Part shown: one piece after another, positions 47,340 to 56,445 of the stretch | How the letters are laid out: every line of letters starts with the position of its first letter | How positions within the stretch are numbered: position 1 is the first letter of the stretch | Assembly: GCA_964411135.1 (NCBI GenBank) | Contig: CAYPJS010000078.1 | Span: 111,495 to 175,494, forward strand | Length of the DNA stretch: 64,000 nucleotides | Direction: 5' to 3' | DNA from: an uncultured Anaerolinea sp. | GTDB lineage: Bacteria; Chloroflexota; Anaerolineae; Anaerolineales; Anaerolineaceae | Notes under the pieces: generated by a model | What the model saw: the letters and a program-made list of their open reading frames with translations, nothing else | What the model was told of the DNA's origin: nothing | Database searches by the model: none | Translations under genes and position numbers: made by a program

Positions 47340-47430
47340 CCTTGGAGCTCCTTCTACGGTACACCCGTGATAAAACCCCGAAATCGGGGTTTCTCCTTGG
47401 GACCGAATTATTATGGTTTTTATTATCTAA

Positions 47431-47459
47431 ATTATACCAAAAAGGTTTCTATAAGTCCA
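47431..47459 (-). promoter_or_regulatory. Sigma70-type promoter of pdhABC
   Basis: TGGACT (47454-47459) - 17 nt - TATAAT (47431-47436), minus strand. Confidence 0.6.
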
Positions 47460-47514
47460 AATTTTCACTAAAACAGGCGTCGAATGGGCGATTTTTCGGT
47501 CCCCGCCAGGTAAC

Positions 47515-47556
47515 CAAAACGCTCCTCCCTGGATTTCAGGAAGGAGCGTTTTTGGT
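47515..47556 (-). terminator. Probable ppdK terminator
   Basis: Imperfect inverted repeat CCAAAACGCTCCTCCCT...AGGAAGGAGCGTTTTTGG just after the ppdK stop. Confidence 0.65.
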
Positions 47557-47565
47557 AGCAGATGC

Positions 47566-50340
47566 TTAATTGGCAGCGTGCTTGATTGCTGCGTGAGCCG
47601 CAGCCAGCCTCGCCACAGGAACTCTGAACGGGGAGCAGCTGACGTAGTTGTTCCCGAGAATGTGGCAGAACTCAATCGAATTGGGATCGCCGCCATGCTC
47701 GCCGCAAATACCAACCTCTAGGTTGGGGCGTGCAGCCCGGCCTTTTTCAACTGCGATTTTCATCATGCCGCCAACGCCTTCCCGATCGATAGTCTGGAAG
47801 GGGTTCTTGGGAAGGATACCCTGTTCGATGTAAGTCATGAGGAAGCTGCGCTCAGCATCATCACGGCTGTAGCCGAAGGTCATCTGGGTCAGATCGTTGG
47901 TGCCAAAGGAGAAGAATTCGGCTACCTCGGCAATTTCATCGGCGGTCACACAGGCACGTGGGATTTCGATCATTGTGCCGAACTTGTAGCTCAGATCTGC
48001 AATGCCTTTTTCTTCCATGACGGCTTTGGCAATGCGTTCCAGGCGCGGTTGAACCCAGGTGAGTTCATTCACGTGTCCGGTCAAGGGGATCATAACCTCA
48101 GGTTTTGGTTCAAGCCCCTTCAGTTTGATATTGCAAGCGGCCTCAAAGATAGCGCGTACCTGCATCTCCACGATTTCCGGCATGGCTACACTCAAGCGCA
48201 CGCCGCGCAGACCCATCATCGGGTTGCTTTCATGCAGACTTTCGACTGCATTGAGCATGACTTCCATGTCCTTAACTTCCTTCGGTTCGCTTTTCCCGAG
48301 GAGATAACCGGCCATGGCTTCAACGCGCTTCGTAATGATCTGGGCTTCTAAATCGTTGGCAGCCGGCAGGAACTCATGCAGCGGCGGGTCGATCAAGCGG
48401 ATGATCACCGGTAACCCGGTCATAGCCTCGAATAAGCCTTCGAAATCCTCGCGCTGATAAGGCAGCAGTTCATCCAGGGCTTCCTTGCGAATTTCGCTCG
48501 TCTTGGCAAGGATCATACGCTGCACGATCGGCAAGCGGGCGGGTTCGAAGAACATGTGCTCGGTTCGGCAAAGTCCAATTCCCTTAGCGCCGTACGAGCG
48601 GGCGCGTCGTGCATCTTTCGGGTAATCGGCATTCGCCCACACCTGCAGGCCGGAAGTAGGCCAGCCTTCGGGGTTCTTGCGCAGCCCGGGTTTGGCGCAC
48701 AACTCATCGGCCCATCCGAGCAGAGTCATCAGATCGGTCTGTTCTTCCAGCGATGCCGCGGTCAGGGTTAATTTTCCGGTGAATACTTCGCCCGTTGTGC
48801 CATCCATCGACAGCCAATCGCCTTCACGCACAACCTGACCATTGACTTCCATCAAGCGTTTGTCAAGGTCGATACGGATGGCAGAAGCTCCAACCACGCA
48901 GGGCACGCCGAATTGTCGGGCGACGACTGCCGCATGCGATGTAGCCCCACCTTCACTGGTGACGATTCCCTTGGCAGAGAGCATGCCGTGGACGTCATCC
49001 GGTTTGGTGAACGGACGAACCATGACCACATCCTGTTTGAATTCCTTATGCATGCGCTCGGTGGTATCAGCATCGAAATAAACCTGCCCGACAGCCGCCC
49101 CGGGGGAAGCATTCACACCGGTGGCGAACATGCGCCCTGCCTTCTTGGCATCTTTTATAGTCTCGGGATTGAACTGGGGGTGCAGCAGCGTGTCCACGTC
49201 TTCCGGGCGAATGCGCAGGATGGCTTCTTCTTTGGTGATCAGGCCTTCATTGACCATATCCACCGCAGCCTTGACAGCAGCGCGCGCAGTGCGCTTGCCG
49301 TTGCGTGTTTGCAGCATGAACAGCCGCCCGTTTTCAATGGTGAACTCGACGTCCTGCAGATCTTTGTAATGCTTTTCCAGCCTGCTGGTAATCTCCAGGA
49401 ATTCAGCATAGGCTTTGGGCATGTCTTTGGCCAGGTTTTCGATGGTTTCCGTGTTGCGAATGCCGGCAACAACGTCTTCGCCCTGGGCATTAATCAAATA
49501 ATCGCCGTACATTTTACGTTCACCGGTAGCCGGATTGCGTGTGAAGGCCACACCGGTAGCGGATGTATTGCCGGTATTCCCGAAGACCATGGTCTGGATA
49601 TTCACAGCCGTACCCAAAGTGTGGGGAATGTTGGTTGCATTCCGGTAATCATAGGCGCGTTTTCCATTCCAGGAGCGGAACACCGCTTCGGCAGCCAGTT
49701 TCAATTGTTCCAGCGGGTCACTGGGGAAATCGATGCCTTTTTCCTTGCGGACTACTTTCTTGAAAATGCCGGTCAATTCTTTCAAGTCAGCGGCGGTCAG
49801 ATCGGTATCAGCAGTTATGCCGCGTTCCTTTTTCATCTCGTCGAGCTTTTCCTCGAATGGTTCGTCGGGGATCTCGAGCACGACCGACCCGAACATTTGC
49901 ACCAGGCGGCGGTAAGAGTCATACACAAATCGTTCGTTGCCAGTCAACTTGACCATGGCAGCTGCTGTCTCGTCGTTCAGACCGATATTGAGTACCGTGT
50001 CCATCATGCCTGGCATGGAGAACTTTGCGCCTGAACGGCAGGAAACCAGCAGCGGATTTTCGCTGCCGCCAAATTTCTTGCCTGCCGCTGTCTCGGTCGC
50101 TTTCAAAGCGACCAGCACCTGATCCCAAAGACCCTCGGGGAATCGGTTGCCGTTTTCCAAATATGCATTACAGGCTTCTGTGGTGATCGTAAAACCCGGA
50201 GGAACTGGAACTCCCAGCCGGGTCATTTCAGCCAGGTTAGCGCCTTTTCCACCCAGTAATCCTCGTACTTTTTCCCAATCTCCCCCCACGAATTGTTCAG
50301 CTTTCTGGACTTCATTGAACAGGTAAACCCACTGTTTCAT
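47566..50340 (-). CDS. ppdK: Pyruvate, phosphate dikinase
   Basis: LLGGKGANLAEM, VPPGFTITT, LLVSCRSGA..SMPGMMDT, LQTRNGKRT, GG.TSHAAVVAR, GIGLCRTEHMF, GTNDLTQ, CGEHGGDP; ATG 50340 with GGAG RBS. Confidence 0.98.
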   Translation of the reverse strand: MKQWVYLFNEVQKAEQFVGGDWEKVRGLLGGKGANLAEMTRLGVPVPPGFTITTEACNAYLENGNRFPEGLWDQVLVALKATETAAGKKFGGSENPLLVSCRSGAKFSMPGMMDTVLNIGLNDETAAAMVKLTGNERFVYDSYRRLVQMFGSVVLEIPDEPFEEKLDEMKKERGITADTDLTAADLKELTGIFKKVVRKEKGIDFPSDPLEQLKLAAEAVFRSWNGKRAYDYRNATNIPHTLGTAVNIQTMVFGNTGNTSATGVAFTRNPATGERKMYGDYLINAQGEDVVAGIRNTETIENLAKDMPKAYAEFLEITSRLEKHYKDLQDVEFTIENGRLFMLQTRNGKRTARAAVKAAVDMVNEGLITKEEAILRIRPEDVDTLLHPQFNPETIKDAKKAGRMFATGVNASPGAAVGQVYFDADTTERMHKEFKQDVVMVRPFTKPDDVHGMLSAKGIVTSEGGATSHAAVVARQFGVPCVVGASAIRIDLDKRLMEVNGQVVREGDWLSMDGTTGEVFTGKLTLTAASLEEQTDLMTLLGWADELCAKPGLRKNPEGWPTSGLQVWANADYPKDARRARSYGAKGIGLCRTEHMFFEPARLPIVQRMILAKTSEIRKEALDELLPYQREDFEGLFEAMTGLPVIIRLIDPPLHEFLPAANDLEAQIITKRVEAMAGYLLGKSEPKEVKDMEVMLNAVESLHESNPMMGLRGVRLSVAMPEIVEMQVRAIFEAACNIKLKGLEPKPEVMIPLTGHVNELTWVQPRLERIAKAVMEEKGIADLSYKFGTMIEIPRACVTADEIAEVAEFFSFGTNDLTQMTFGYSRDDAERSFLMTYIEQGILPKNPFQTIDREGVGGMMKIAVEKGRAARPNLEVGICGEHGGDPNSIEFCHILGNNYVSCSPFRVPVARLAAAHAAIKHAAN

Positions 50341-50640
50341 GTTGTTGCTCCCTTTCTTTGTGTATGAAAATGATTGCAATACTCAGGATGCTGAGTTAAT
50401 TTTTAAGCCATTAAGTCTATGATTTTACCATAAAGGTATATTTTTTCACAATTAGAAGCTGGCTGATGGTTTAGACAACCTTTGCCTGGGGTTAGCTGCT
50501 GGTGGGGGCAACGACCTTCCCATTACCTACGACGGCAGATCGCCCGGAAAGGGGGGGCTTTTGTAAACCAGTTGAAAGGAAAAAAAGGTCTTTATTGCCT
50601 GATAATGGAGGAAGGAAAAAGACCTCTCGCCGGAGATTAC

Positions 50641-51033
50641 ATGGAAATTCTTATTATTGATGACGACCCAGCGATGACCGATCTGCTCCAAATTCAACTG
50701 CAAACCACTGAATTTGGGATTAAAGTTGCGCATTCCGGTGCCGAAGGGCTCAAATCTACTCAGAAAAACAAACCTGACATCATCATTTTAGATCTACTCA
50801 TGCCTGATATGAACGGGTTGGATATCTGCAGGGAGCTTCGCAGATTCACCCAATCTCCAATATTAATATTAAGCGCGCTCGACCAACCCATGATGGTTGC
50901 CAATGCTCTGGATGCAGGCGCCGATGATTATCTGGTCAAGCCAGTCTCGAGTGCGATGTTAATCGCCCACCTGCAAAATCTATCGCGAAGAATCAAAGCC
51001 AATAACCGATCGATTTCAGCCGCAATAATCTAG
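50641..51033 (+). CDS. Single-domain response regulator (receiver only)
   Basis: IIDDD, ILDLLMP, LSA, GADDYLVKP; no output domain; ATG 50641. Confidence 0.92.
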   Translation: MEILIIDDDPAMTDLLQIQLQTTEFGIKVAHSGAEGLKSTQKNKPDIIILDLLMPDMNGLDICRELRRFTQSPILILSALDQPMMVANALDAGADDYLVKPVSSAMLIAHLQNLSRRIKANNRSISAAII

Positions 51034-51168
51034 CCGCACTCTTTTGTCACAAAATAACCGGTTGTAGTAAAATTTACATATTGGCTCCCCAATATCTTTT
51101 TTGGGGTACCCTGCCGCAGGCTAGATAGCAGCATCTCACACCAAGAAAGACGACGAAAGGGATTAAAC

Positions 51169-51465
51169 GTGCAGACCTGTTCTTTATGTCACACCCAGGC
51201 ACCTGATTCTGCGGCGGTTTGCCCCAAGTGCGGTGCCGACCTGCAGCAAAATTCTGTAATTGCCGTTGCAACCCAGAAAATGCGGGATAACAAGCGCGTG
51301 AAAAACCTGCGGCTGGTCGTGGCAAATGACGCCTGCCCGGCATGCCAGGCTCACGAAGGTACTTATTCCAAAGATAAGCTTCCAAAACTGCCAGTCGAAG
51401 GCTGCAGCCACGCCAACGGCTGCCGCTGTTTCTTTGAGCCGATGCTGGACGAAATTTATCCCTAA
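51169..51465 (+). CDS. Small Cys-rich protein with two predicted Zn-binding modules
   Basis: CSLC...CPKC zinc ribbon; CPAC...CSHANGCRC; GTG start after GGGA. Confidence 0.8.
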   Translation: MQTCSLCHTQAPDSAAVCPKCGADLQQNSVIAVATQKMRDNKRVKNLRLVVANDACPACQAHEGTYSKDKLPKLPVEGCSHANGCRCFFEPMLDEIYP

Positions 51466-51485
51466 AACGATAAGCAAGATGTTAA

Positions 51486-51519
51486 TTATAAAAAGACGGC
51501 CTGAGCCGTCTTTTTATAA
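51486..51519. terminator. Bidirectional intrinsic terminator
   Basis: Perfect 15-bp inverted repeat TTATAAAAAGACGGC-CTGA-GCCGTCTTTTTATAA between convergent genes. Confidence 0.88.
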
Positions 51520-51530
51520 TCTAATAACGA

Positions 51531-52307
51531 TTACGGACACCCTCGAACGTGACAAATCAGTTGTTTGAGTGCGTCAATGACCACTTGAGGTTTTTCAAGC
51601 ATGGGCATGTGCCCGGCGTCTGAAATTTCCACCAGCCAACCCTTGCTCAACATTTGCGCCATCGTCTGAGCACGCTCTAGAGATACGAGTTTGTCTTTAG
51701 CACCGGCAACCACGACCGCCGGAACTTTTATCGAGGGCAGCCATAGATTGGCGTCGCTGCGTTCAGCCATCCCCTTCAGGGAACTTATGATCGCTCCTGG
51801 ACGGTTCGTCAGCATCAAATCCATCATTTTCTTCTGGATTTCAGGATCGTCGGTTAATTTGGCCGGCATGCCATGGGCAATAAAGCTTGCGCCGCGCCTT
51901 TTGGTCTCGCGTGCGCTCACCAGCCGTCCTTGACGCTTTTCGGGGCTGTCTGGATCAGCCTGAGTAGACACTAAACCAAGTGCTGAAAGCCGGGCTGGAT
52001 AAGCATTGGCGAACGCCAGGGCAGCATAACCACCCATAGAATGCCCGACAAGAATTACCTTTTCAAGCCCAAGACGTTCAATTAGTGCATGCAGATCCTC
52101 AGCCAGAAGCCGCATCGTGTACACATCCTCAGTATACGGCGACTTGCCATGCCCGCGTAAATCCGGCATTATGACTCTGGCTTCAGCTTTTAAACCTTCA
52201 GCGACCGGTTCCCAGATGGTGCGGTCCAGAGGAAAACCATGCACCAGTACAACAGGGATGCCGTGTCCAACCTCTTCATAATTTAACTCCACCGGTTTAA
52301 TGTCCAT
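51531..52307 (-). CDS. Alpha/beta hydrolase
   Basis: LVHGFP, PDLRGHG, GHSMGG nucleophile elbow, G.KD, AGHMP; ATG 52307 with AGGA RBS. Confidence 0.93.
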   Translation of the reverse strand: MDIKPVELNYEEVGHGIPVVLVHGFPLDRTIWEPVAEGLKAEARVIMPDLRGHGKSPYTEDVYTMRLLAEDLHALIERLGLEKVILVGHSMGGYAALAFANAYPARLSALGLVSTQADPDSPEKRQGRLVSARETKRRGASFIAHGMPAKLTDDPEIQKKMMDLMLTNRPGAIISSLKGMAERSDANLWLPSIKVPAVVVAGAKDKLVSLERAQTMAQMLSKGWLVEISDAGHMPMLEKPQVVIDALKQLICHVRGCP

Positions 52308-53829
52308 CGCTCTTCCTTGTCGTCTCAATACTTTTAGATTCCAGTAAATTCCTGGCGAGTAGAAGGCCCTGTTCACGCGACTGAACCTGTCCGATGGCTT
52401 GAGCTTCGTGCAGTTCTTCGAGAAGTTCCCCAACGATTTTCCCGGGTTGGAGATTTAGCTCATCGAGGATATCGGTGCCGTTAACAAGCCATTTCGGCTG
52501 GATAATTTCTTCGTGCATATTAAACCAGGCGTCCAGCAGTTGGCGGCACACCGTCAATTCTTTCTGCCACTCTGCCGGGGTAATTGTAACACCATACGTG
52601 GCGGTCTTATCGGCCAGCGAGAGCAGCACCAGGTCCACTCCTGCGGCTCCAAGATCCCGAAAGTAGCGGTAGATGGCACGCTTACTCACATTTTCGCCGG
52701 ACTTAGCCAGCCAATGAATGCGCATGTGCTGGCGGACAAGGACCTTTAGATAGTCGACCTCTGGGATTGAGAGAGCCAAATCACGGGCATGCTGCTCCGC
52801 CATATCACCCGCAATACCATCATGGTTATAAAAATGCATCCGGCCTTCCTGGTCATGGGTGCGCACGTAGGGTTTGGCAGCATCATGCAGCAGCCCTGCC
52901 AGCATTAACAGACCAAAACGGCTGCGGTCAGGGTTCAGGCGGGCAGAAAAGTGCTCTGCAAGCTGACGGCGGAAGCGGCCAAGCTCCGTGACCGCCATTC
53001 CAAAAATCAGGTTGGAGACTTTTTCTTCAACGTATGGCTCGACCAGGAGATCATACAACCGCGGAAGGGCTGTCACCAGCGCCAGGGTATGTTCAAAAAC
53101 GTCGTGTACGTGCGGCGGCCCCTGAACTTCCCCCTGCAATGCTTTTACTTCAGGCAGTAAGGTGTCGAACACATCCAGGGCAAAACCAGTACGTATACCT
53201 GCTGCAGCCTGCTTGCTCTGCAAGATATGGAACAATTCATCCCGTTGACGTTCAATGGACACCCGCCCCAGGTCGAGCGAGGCTTCCTTAAGGTGCGCGA
53301 TAGTGGGCGGGGTGATGCGCAGCCCTATTTCGGCTGCAAGTCGTACTGCGCGGATTACCCGCAGCGGGTCATCGGTAAAAGAATTCGGGCTGCACATACG
53401 CAGCCAGCCATCCTTGATATCCTGAGAGCCTTTCATTGGATCAATCAGGCTGCCTGGATCGCGCAAATCGATGGCGATGGCGTTTATAGTAAAATCCCGC
53501 CTGTGAAGGTCCTCGAGAATGGTGTCCCCGCGGAGCGCTGAAAAATCCAAGTGCCAGCGGTGGCCAGCCTCGTCTTCATAGATCAAGCGGGCTGTTTGCC
53601 GGGCCATGTCCATTACGTAAAAGGCTGCCCCGATTTCATCCGCAACCTTGCGTGCCAGGCGCAGCACATCCCCGTCGGCGACAAAGTCCAGATCCTTCCC
53701 ATTTCGCTGCAGCAGCATATCGCGAACCGCCCCACCCACCAGATATACCTGCTGGTACTCAGAAATCCCATTCTGCAGGGATTCTAAAATCCGGGGGTTA
53801 GGGAAAAGGTCCTGAAATGCGCTAATCAT
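52297..53829 (-). CDS. Class II tRNA nucleotidyltransferase with HD domain (probably CC-adding type)
   Basis: VGGAVRD, DLDF, EDL.RRDFTINA, DDPLRVIRA, ER..DE, HD domain (EHT...LLHDAAK...H). Confidence 0.9.
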   Translation of the reverse strand: MISAFQDLFPNPRILESLQNGISEYQQVYLVGGAVRDMLLQRNGKDLDFVADGDVLRLARKVADEIGAAFYVMDMARQTARLIYEDEAGHRWHLDFSALRGDTILEDLHRRDFTINAIAIDLRDPGSLIDPMKGSQDIKDGWLRMCSPNSFTDDPLRVIRAVRLAAEIGLRITPPTIAHLKEASLDLGRVSIERQRDELFHILQSKQAAAGIRTGFALDVFDTLLPEVKALQGEVQGPPHVHDVFEHTLALVTALPRLYDLLVEPYVEEKVSNLIFGMAVTELGRFRRQLAEHFSARLNPDRSRFGLLMLAGLLHDAAKPYVRTHDQEGRMHFYNHDGIAGDMAEQHARDLALSIPEVDYLKVLVRQHMRIHWLAKSGENVSKRAIYRYFRDLGAAGVDLVLLSLADKTATYGVTITPAEWQKELTVCRQLLDAWFNMHEEIIQPKWLVNGTDILDELNLQPGKIVGELLEELHEAQAIGQVQSREQGLLLARNLLESKSIETTRKSDGH

Positions 53830-54400
53830 TTTTCCTGTTCAGGCTCTCGCGATACTTTTCCTCGTTTACAACCCCCACAAAGGGCAAGTTGCGGTAGAGC
53901 TCATCCAGATCAAGCCCATAACCGAAGACAAATTTATTAGGAATCTGGAAACCGACATAGCGGATCGGGACATAGACTTCGCGCCGCTCGGTTTTATCCA
54001 AAAGCGTACAAACGCTCATCGAGCGCGGCTTGCGGGCTGACAGGAGATCCAGCACCGAGGAAAGCGTGCGCCCTGAGTCAACGATGTCTTCGACCAGGAT
54101 GACGTCCCGATCGAAGATATTCACATTCAGGTCGAGCGTGATGCGCACCTGCCCGGAGGTTTCGCGGCTGCCAGCGCCGTAGGACGAGACCGCCATGAAT
54201 TCAACTGCATGCGGTACGCTGATCTGACGCATCAGGTCAGTCAGGAAGAGAACCCCGCCGCGCAGGATACAGATCAATACCAGCCGGTCGGAATTTCGAA
54301 AATCTTCGCTGATTTTCGAACCCAGCTCTGCGATACGGTTTTGCAGCAGCCCCTCAGGAACCAGTATTTCTTCGAGAAAGTCGTGGTAATCACCCATCAA
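53822..54400 (-). CDS. hpt: Hypoxanthine phosphoribosyltransferase
   Basis: ILRGGVLFLTDL, SSYG, ILVEDIVDSG.TL, FVFGYGLD..E.YRNLP. Confidence 0.97.
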   Translation of the reverse strand: MMGDYHDFLEEILVPEGLLQNRIAELGSKISEDFRNSDRLVLICILRGGVLFLTDLMRQISVPHAVEFMAVSSYGAGSRETSGQVRITLDLNVNIFDRDVILVEDIVDSGRTLSSVLDLLSARKPRSMSVCTLLDKTERREVYVPIRYVGFQIPNKFVFGYGLDLDELYRNLPFVGVVNEEKYRESLNRKND

Positions 54401-54406
54401 ACCCTC

Positions 54407-54979
54407 TTAGTCGCGCGGAACTTCATGATGCTTACGGCAGCGGGCTTCGTACATTTCGGAAGCCCCTACAATAATGATCGGGTCATCAGACCGAGCCGGG
54501 CGTCCATTGACCAGACGCTGCGTGCGCGAGGCAGATTCGCCGCAGGTCATACAAATCGCCTGCAGCTTGGTCACTTGCTCCGCAATCGCCATCAGGTCGG
54601 GCATGCACCCAAACGGCTCACCGCGGAAATCCGTGTCCAACCCGGCAACAATCACCCGGATGTTCTTGCTTGCCAGATCCTGAACGATCGCAACCACTGA
54701 TCCTTCAAAAAATTGAGCCTCGTCAATTGCCACCACAGTTGTGTTTGGTTCCAGATGCTCGTACAGATCTTCAATCCGTTCGATCGGTATAGCGTCGAAG
54801 GCTGTGCCGGCATGCGAGGTCACTCGTTCCACCTGGTAGCGGTTATCGATAACCGGCTTGAACACCTGCACCTTTTGCCGGGCGATGGTCGCGCGCCGCA
54901 AGCGGCGGATCATCTCGTCGGTCTTGCCGCTGAACATGGACCCTGTAATGACTTCAACCGAGCCAGTATGATGCTTCAT
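54407..54979 (-). CDS. tdk: Thymidine kinase
   Basis: [44 protein letters not shown]; ATG 54979. Confidence 0.97.
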   Translation of the reverse strand: MKHHTGSVEVITGSMFSGKTDEMIRRLRRATIARQKVQVFKPVIDNRYQVERVTSHAGTAFDAIPIERIEDLYEHLEPNTTVVAIDEAQFFEGSVVAIVQDLASKNIRVIVAGLDTDFRGEPFGCMPDLMAIAEQVTKLQAICMTCGESASRTQRLVNGRPARSDDPIIIVGASEMYEARCRKHHEVPRD

Positions 54980-55056
54980 GCTTCCCTCGAATAGGATTGT
55001 TTGCATCGATTCTACCGCATCTTACCGTGCGGCGCTGTGCAAACTTCCTTAAATAA

Positions 55057-55084
55057 AAAGACAGACGGTGTTCCGTCTGTCTTT
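55057..55084 (-). terminator. Intrinsic terminator of rplU-rpmA-rpmE
   Basis: AAAGACAGACGG-TGTT-CCGTCTGTCTTT; U-run follows on the minus strand. Confidence 0.85.
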
Positions 55085-55102
55085 CATGCGCATTAAGACG
55101 CT

Positions 55103-55579
55103 CTAGACCGCAACATCCTCGGCGGCAGCCGGGAGTTTGTAGCCTAACTGGCGCAGGGTTTTCTTCAAATCGATGAGTGATTTCCGGCCGAAACCATCCA
55201 CCTCGAGCAGGGCAGCCTCACCGGCTTCCAGCTTCTCGATAACCTGACCAACCGTGGTAATTCCGGCTTTTGCCAGAGCGTCGGTTGGGCGGGAACCAAG
55301 ACCGAGTTCAGCAACGGTCCGGTCGGGGGAGGTGCGCACAGTTTCGCGAGCCTTGACGGTTTCCACATAGTCCTGGCGGGCTTGCAAACGCTTGTAGAAG
55401 CGGTCCACCTGACCTTCGATGTCGAGGATGCGCTGCTGCTGACCGGTAAAGAAAGGATGGCACTTCGAGCAAACCTCGGTGCGGATCTCTTTACGAGTTG
55501 AACCTGTTTTCCAGGTGTTGCCGCAGGCGCAAACCACTGTGGCGTCAGGGTAATAAGTTGGGTGAATGTCTTTTCTCAT
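55103..55579 (-). CDS. rpmE: 50S ribosomal protein L31 (Zn-binding type) fused to an RNA polymerase alpha-CTD-like domain
   Basis: Residues 1-~68: [25 protein letters not shown]; residues ~84-149: [28 protein letters not shown]...[21 protein letters not shown]. Confidence 0.93.
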   Translation of the reverse strand: MRKDIHPTYYPDATVVCACGNTWKTGSTRKEIRTEVCSKCHPFFTGQQQRILDIEGQVDRFYKRLQARQDYVETVKARETVRTSPDRTVAELGLGSRPTDALAKAGITTVGQVIEKLEAGEAALLEVDGFGRKSLIDLKKTLRQLGYKLPAAAEDVAV

Positions 55580-55658
55580 TTCAGAGGGTACCTTTTCTTA
55601 GGATTCCATTGCTTCCGGGCGGCGCTGGTTCGGCCGGCGGTGCAAGGACAACCATTCT

Positions 55659-55925
55659 TTACTCAGCTGCGACTTCGGGCAGCACACTGACCAGTTTGCG
55701 GCCGTTCGGCAGGGTTTCAAAAACCACAACGCCATCGGCAGTCGCAAACAACGTGTCATCCCGCCCAACCCCAACGTTGACGCCGGGTTTGATGTGGGTG
55801 CCGCGCTGGCGGACAAGAATGTTACCGGAAAGAACGACCTGGCCTGCGTAGCGCTTCACGCCAAGGCGTTGTGCATTGCTATCGCGGCCGTTACGACTGG
55901 AACCACCACCTTTTTTATGTGCCAT
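55659..55925 (-). CDS. rpmA: 50S ribosomal protein L27
   Basis: [43 protein letters not shown]. Confidence 0.98.
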   Translation of the reverse strand: MAHKKGGGSSRNGRDSNAQRLGVKRYAGQVVLSGNILVRQRGTHIKPGVNVGVGRDDTLFATADGVVVFETLPNGRKLVSVLPEVAAE

Positions 55926-55930
55926 GATTC

Positions 55931-56248
55931 TTACTCCACAACAATAGATTCGATCTTGAGGCGGGTGTACTGCTGGCGGTGACCAGTTTTGACACGGTAG
56001 TGCTTCTTCGCGCGGTAATTGAAGATGATCAATTTGGGACCCTTGAAATGATCTTCAACCGTGGTGCGAACCTTGACGCCTTTGACGGTAGGCGTACCCA
56101 CCTGTACACTTCCGTCCTCAACAACCAGAAGGACAGAGTCCAGTAAAACCTGCCCACCGACCTCGGTTTGCAGTTTGTCCACATCAATTGTGGCACCTTC
56201 GACGGCGCGGTACTGTTTACCGCCACTTTCAACAATCGCGTACTTCAT
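55931..56248 (-). CDS. rplU: 50S ribosomal protein L21
   Basis: [22 protein letters not shown]....GHRQ.YT.L.I; ATG 56248 with GGAG RBS. Confidence 0.97.
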   Translation of the reverse strand: MKYAIVESGGKQYRAVEGATIDVDKLQTEVGGQVLLDSVLLVVEDGSVQVGTPTVKGVKVRTTVEDHFKGPKLIIFNYRAKKHYRVKTGHRQQYTRLKIESIVVE

Positions 56249-56368
56249 AAGCTCCAATCTCCAATCTTCACTTCACCGTTCATCCCGCGGCCAATCCGCC
56301 GGTGGACGGGGAAGTTGGGGATACAAACCCTTGCCCCAGCAAAATGCGCCGGGGCGACAGCGGAAGGT

Positions 56369-56397
56369 ATTATAAGGGATGCGGGGATTTAAGTCAA
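56369..56397 (-). promoter_or_regulatory. Sigma70-type promoter of rplU operon
   Basis: TTGACT (56392-56397) - 17 nt - TATAAT (56369-56374), minus strand. Confidence 0.8.
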
Positions 56398-56445
56398 TAA
56401 GAAGGTTGGGGAATGGAAGTCTAGTTTTTCTGTTAATTAATTGCC

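Noticed and set aside
48913-50034. 373-aa plus-strand ORF
   Set aside because: Antisense shadow of highly conserved ppdK; no recognisable motifs.
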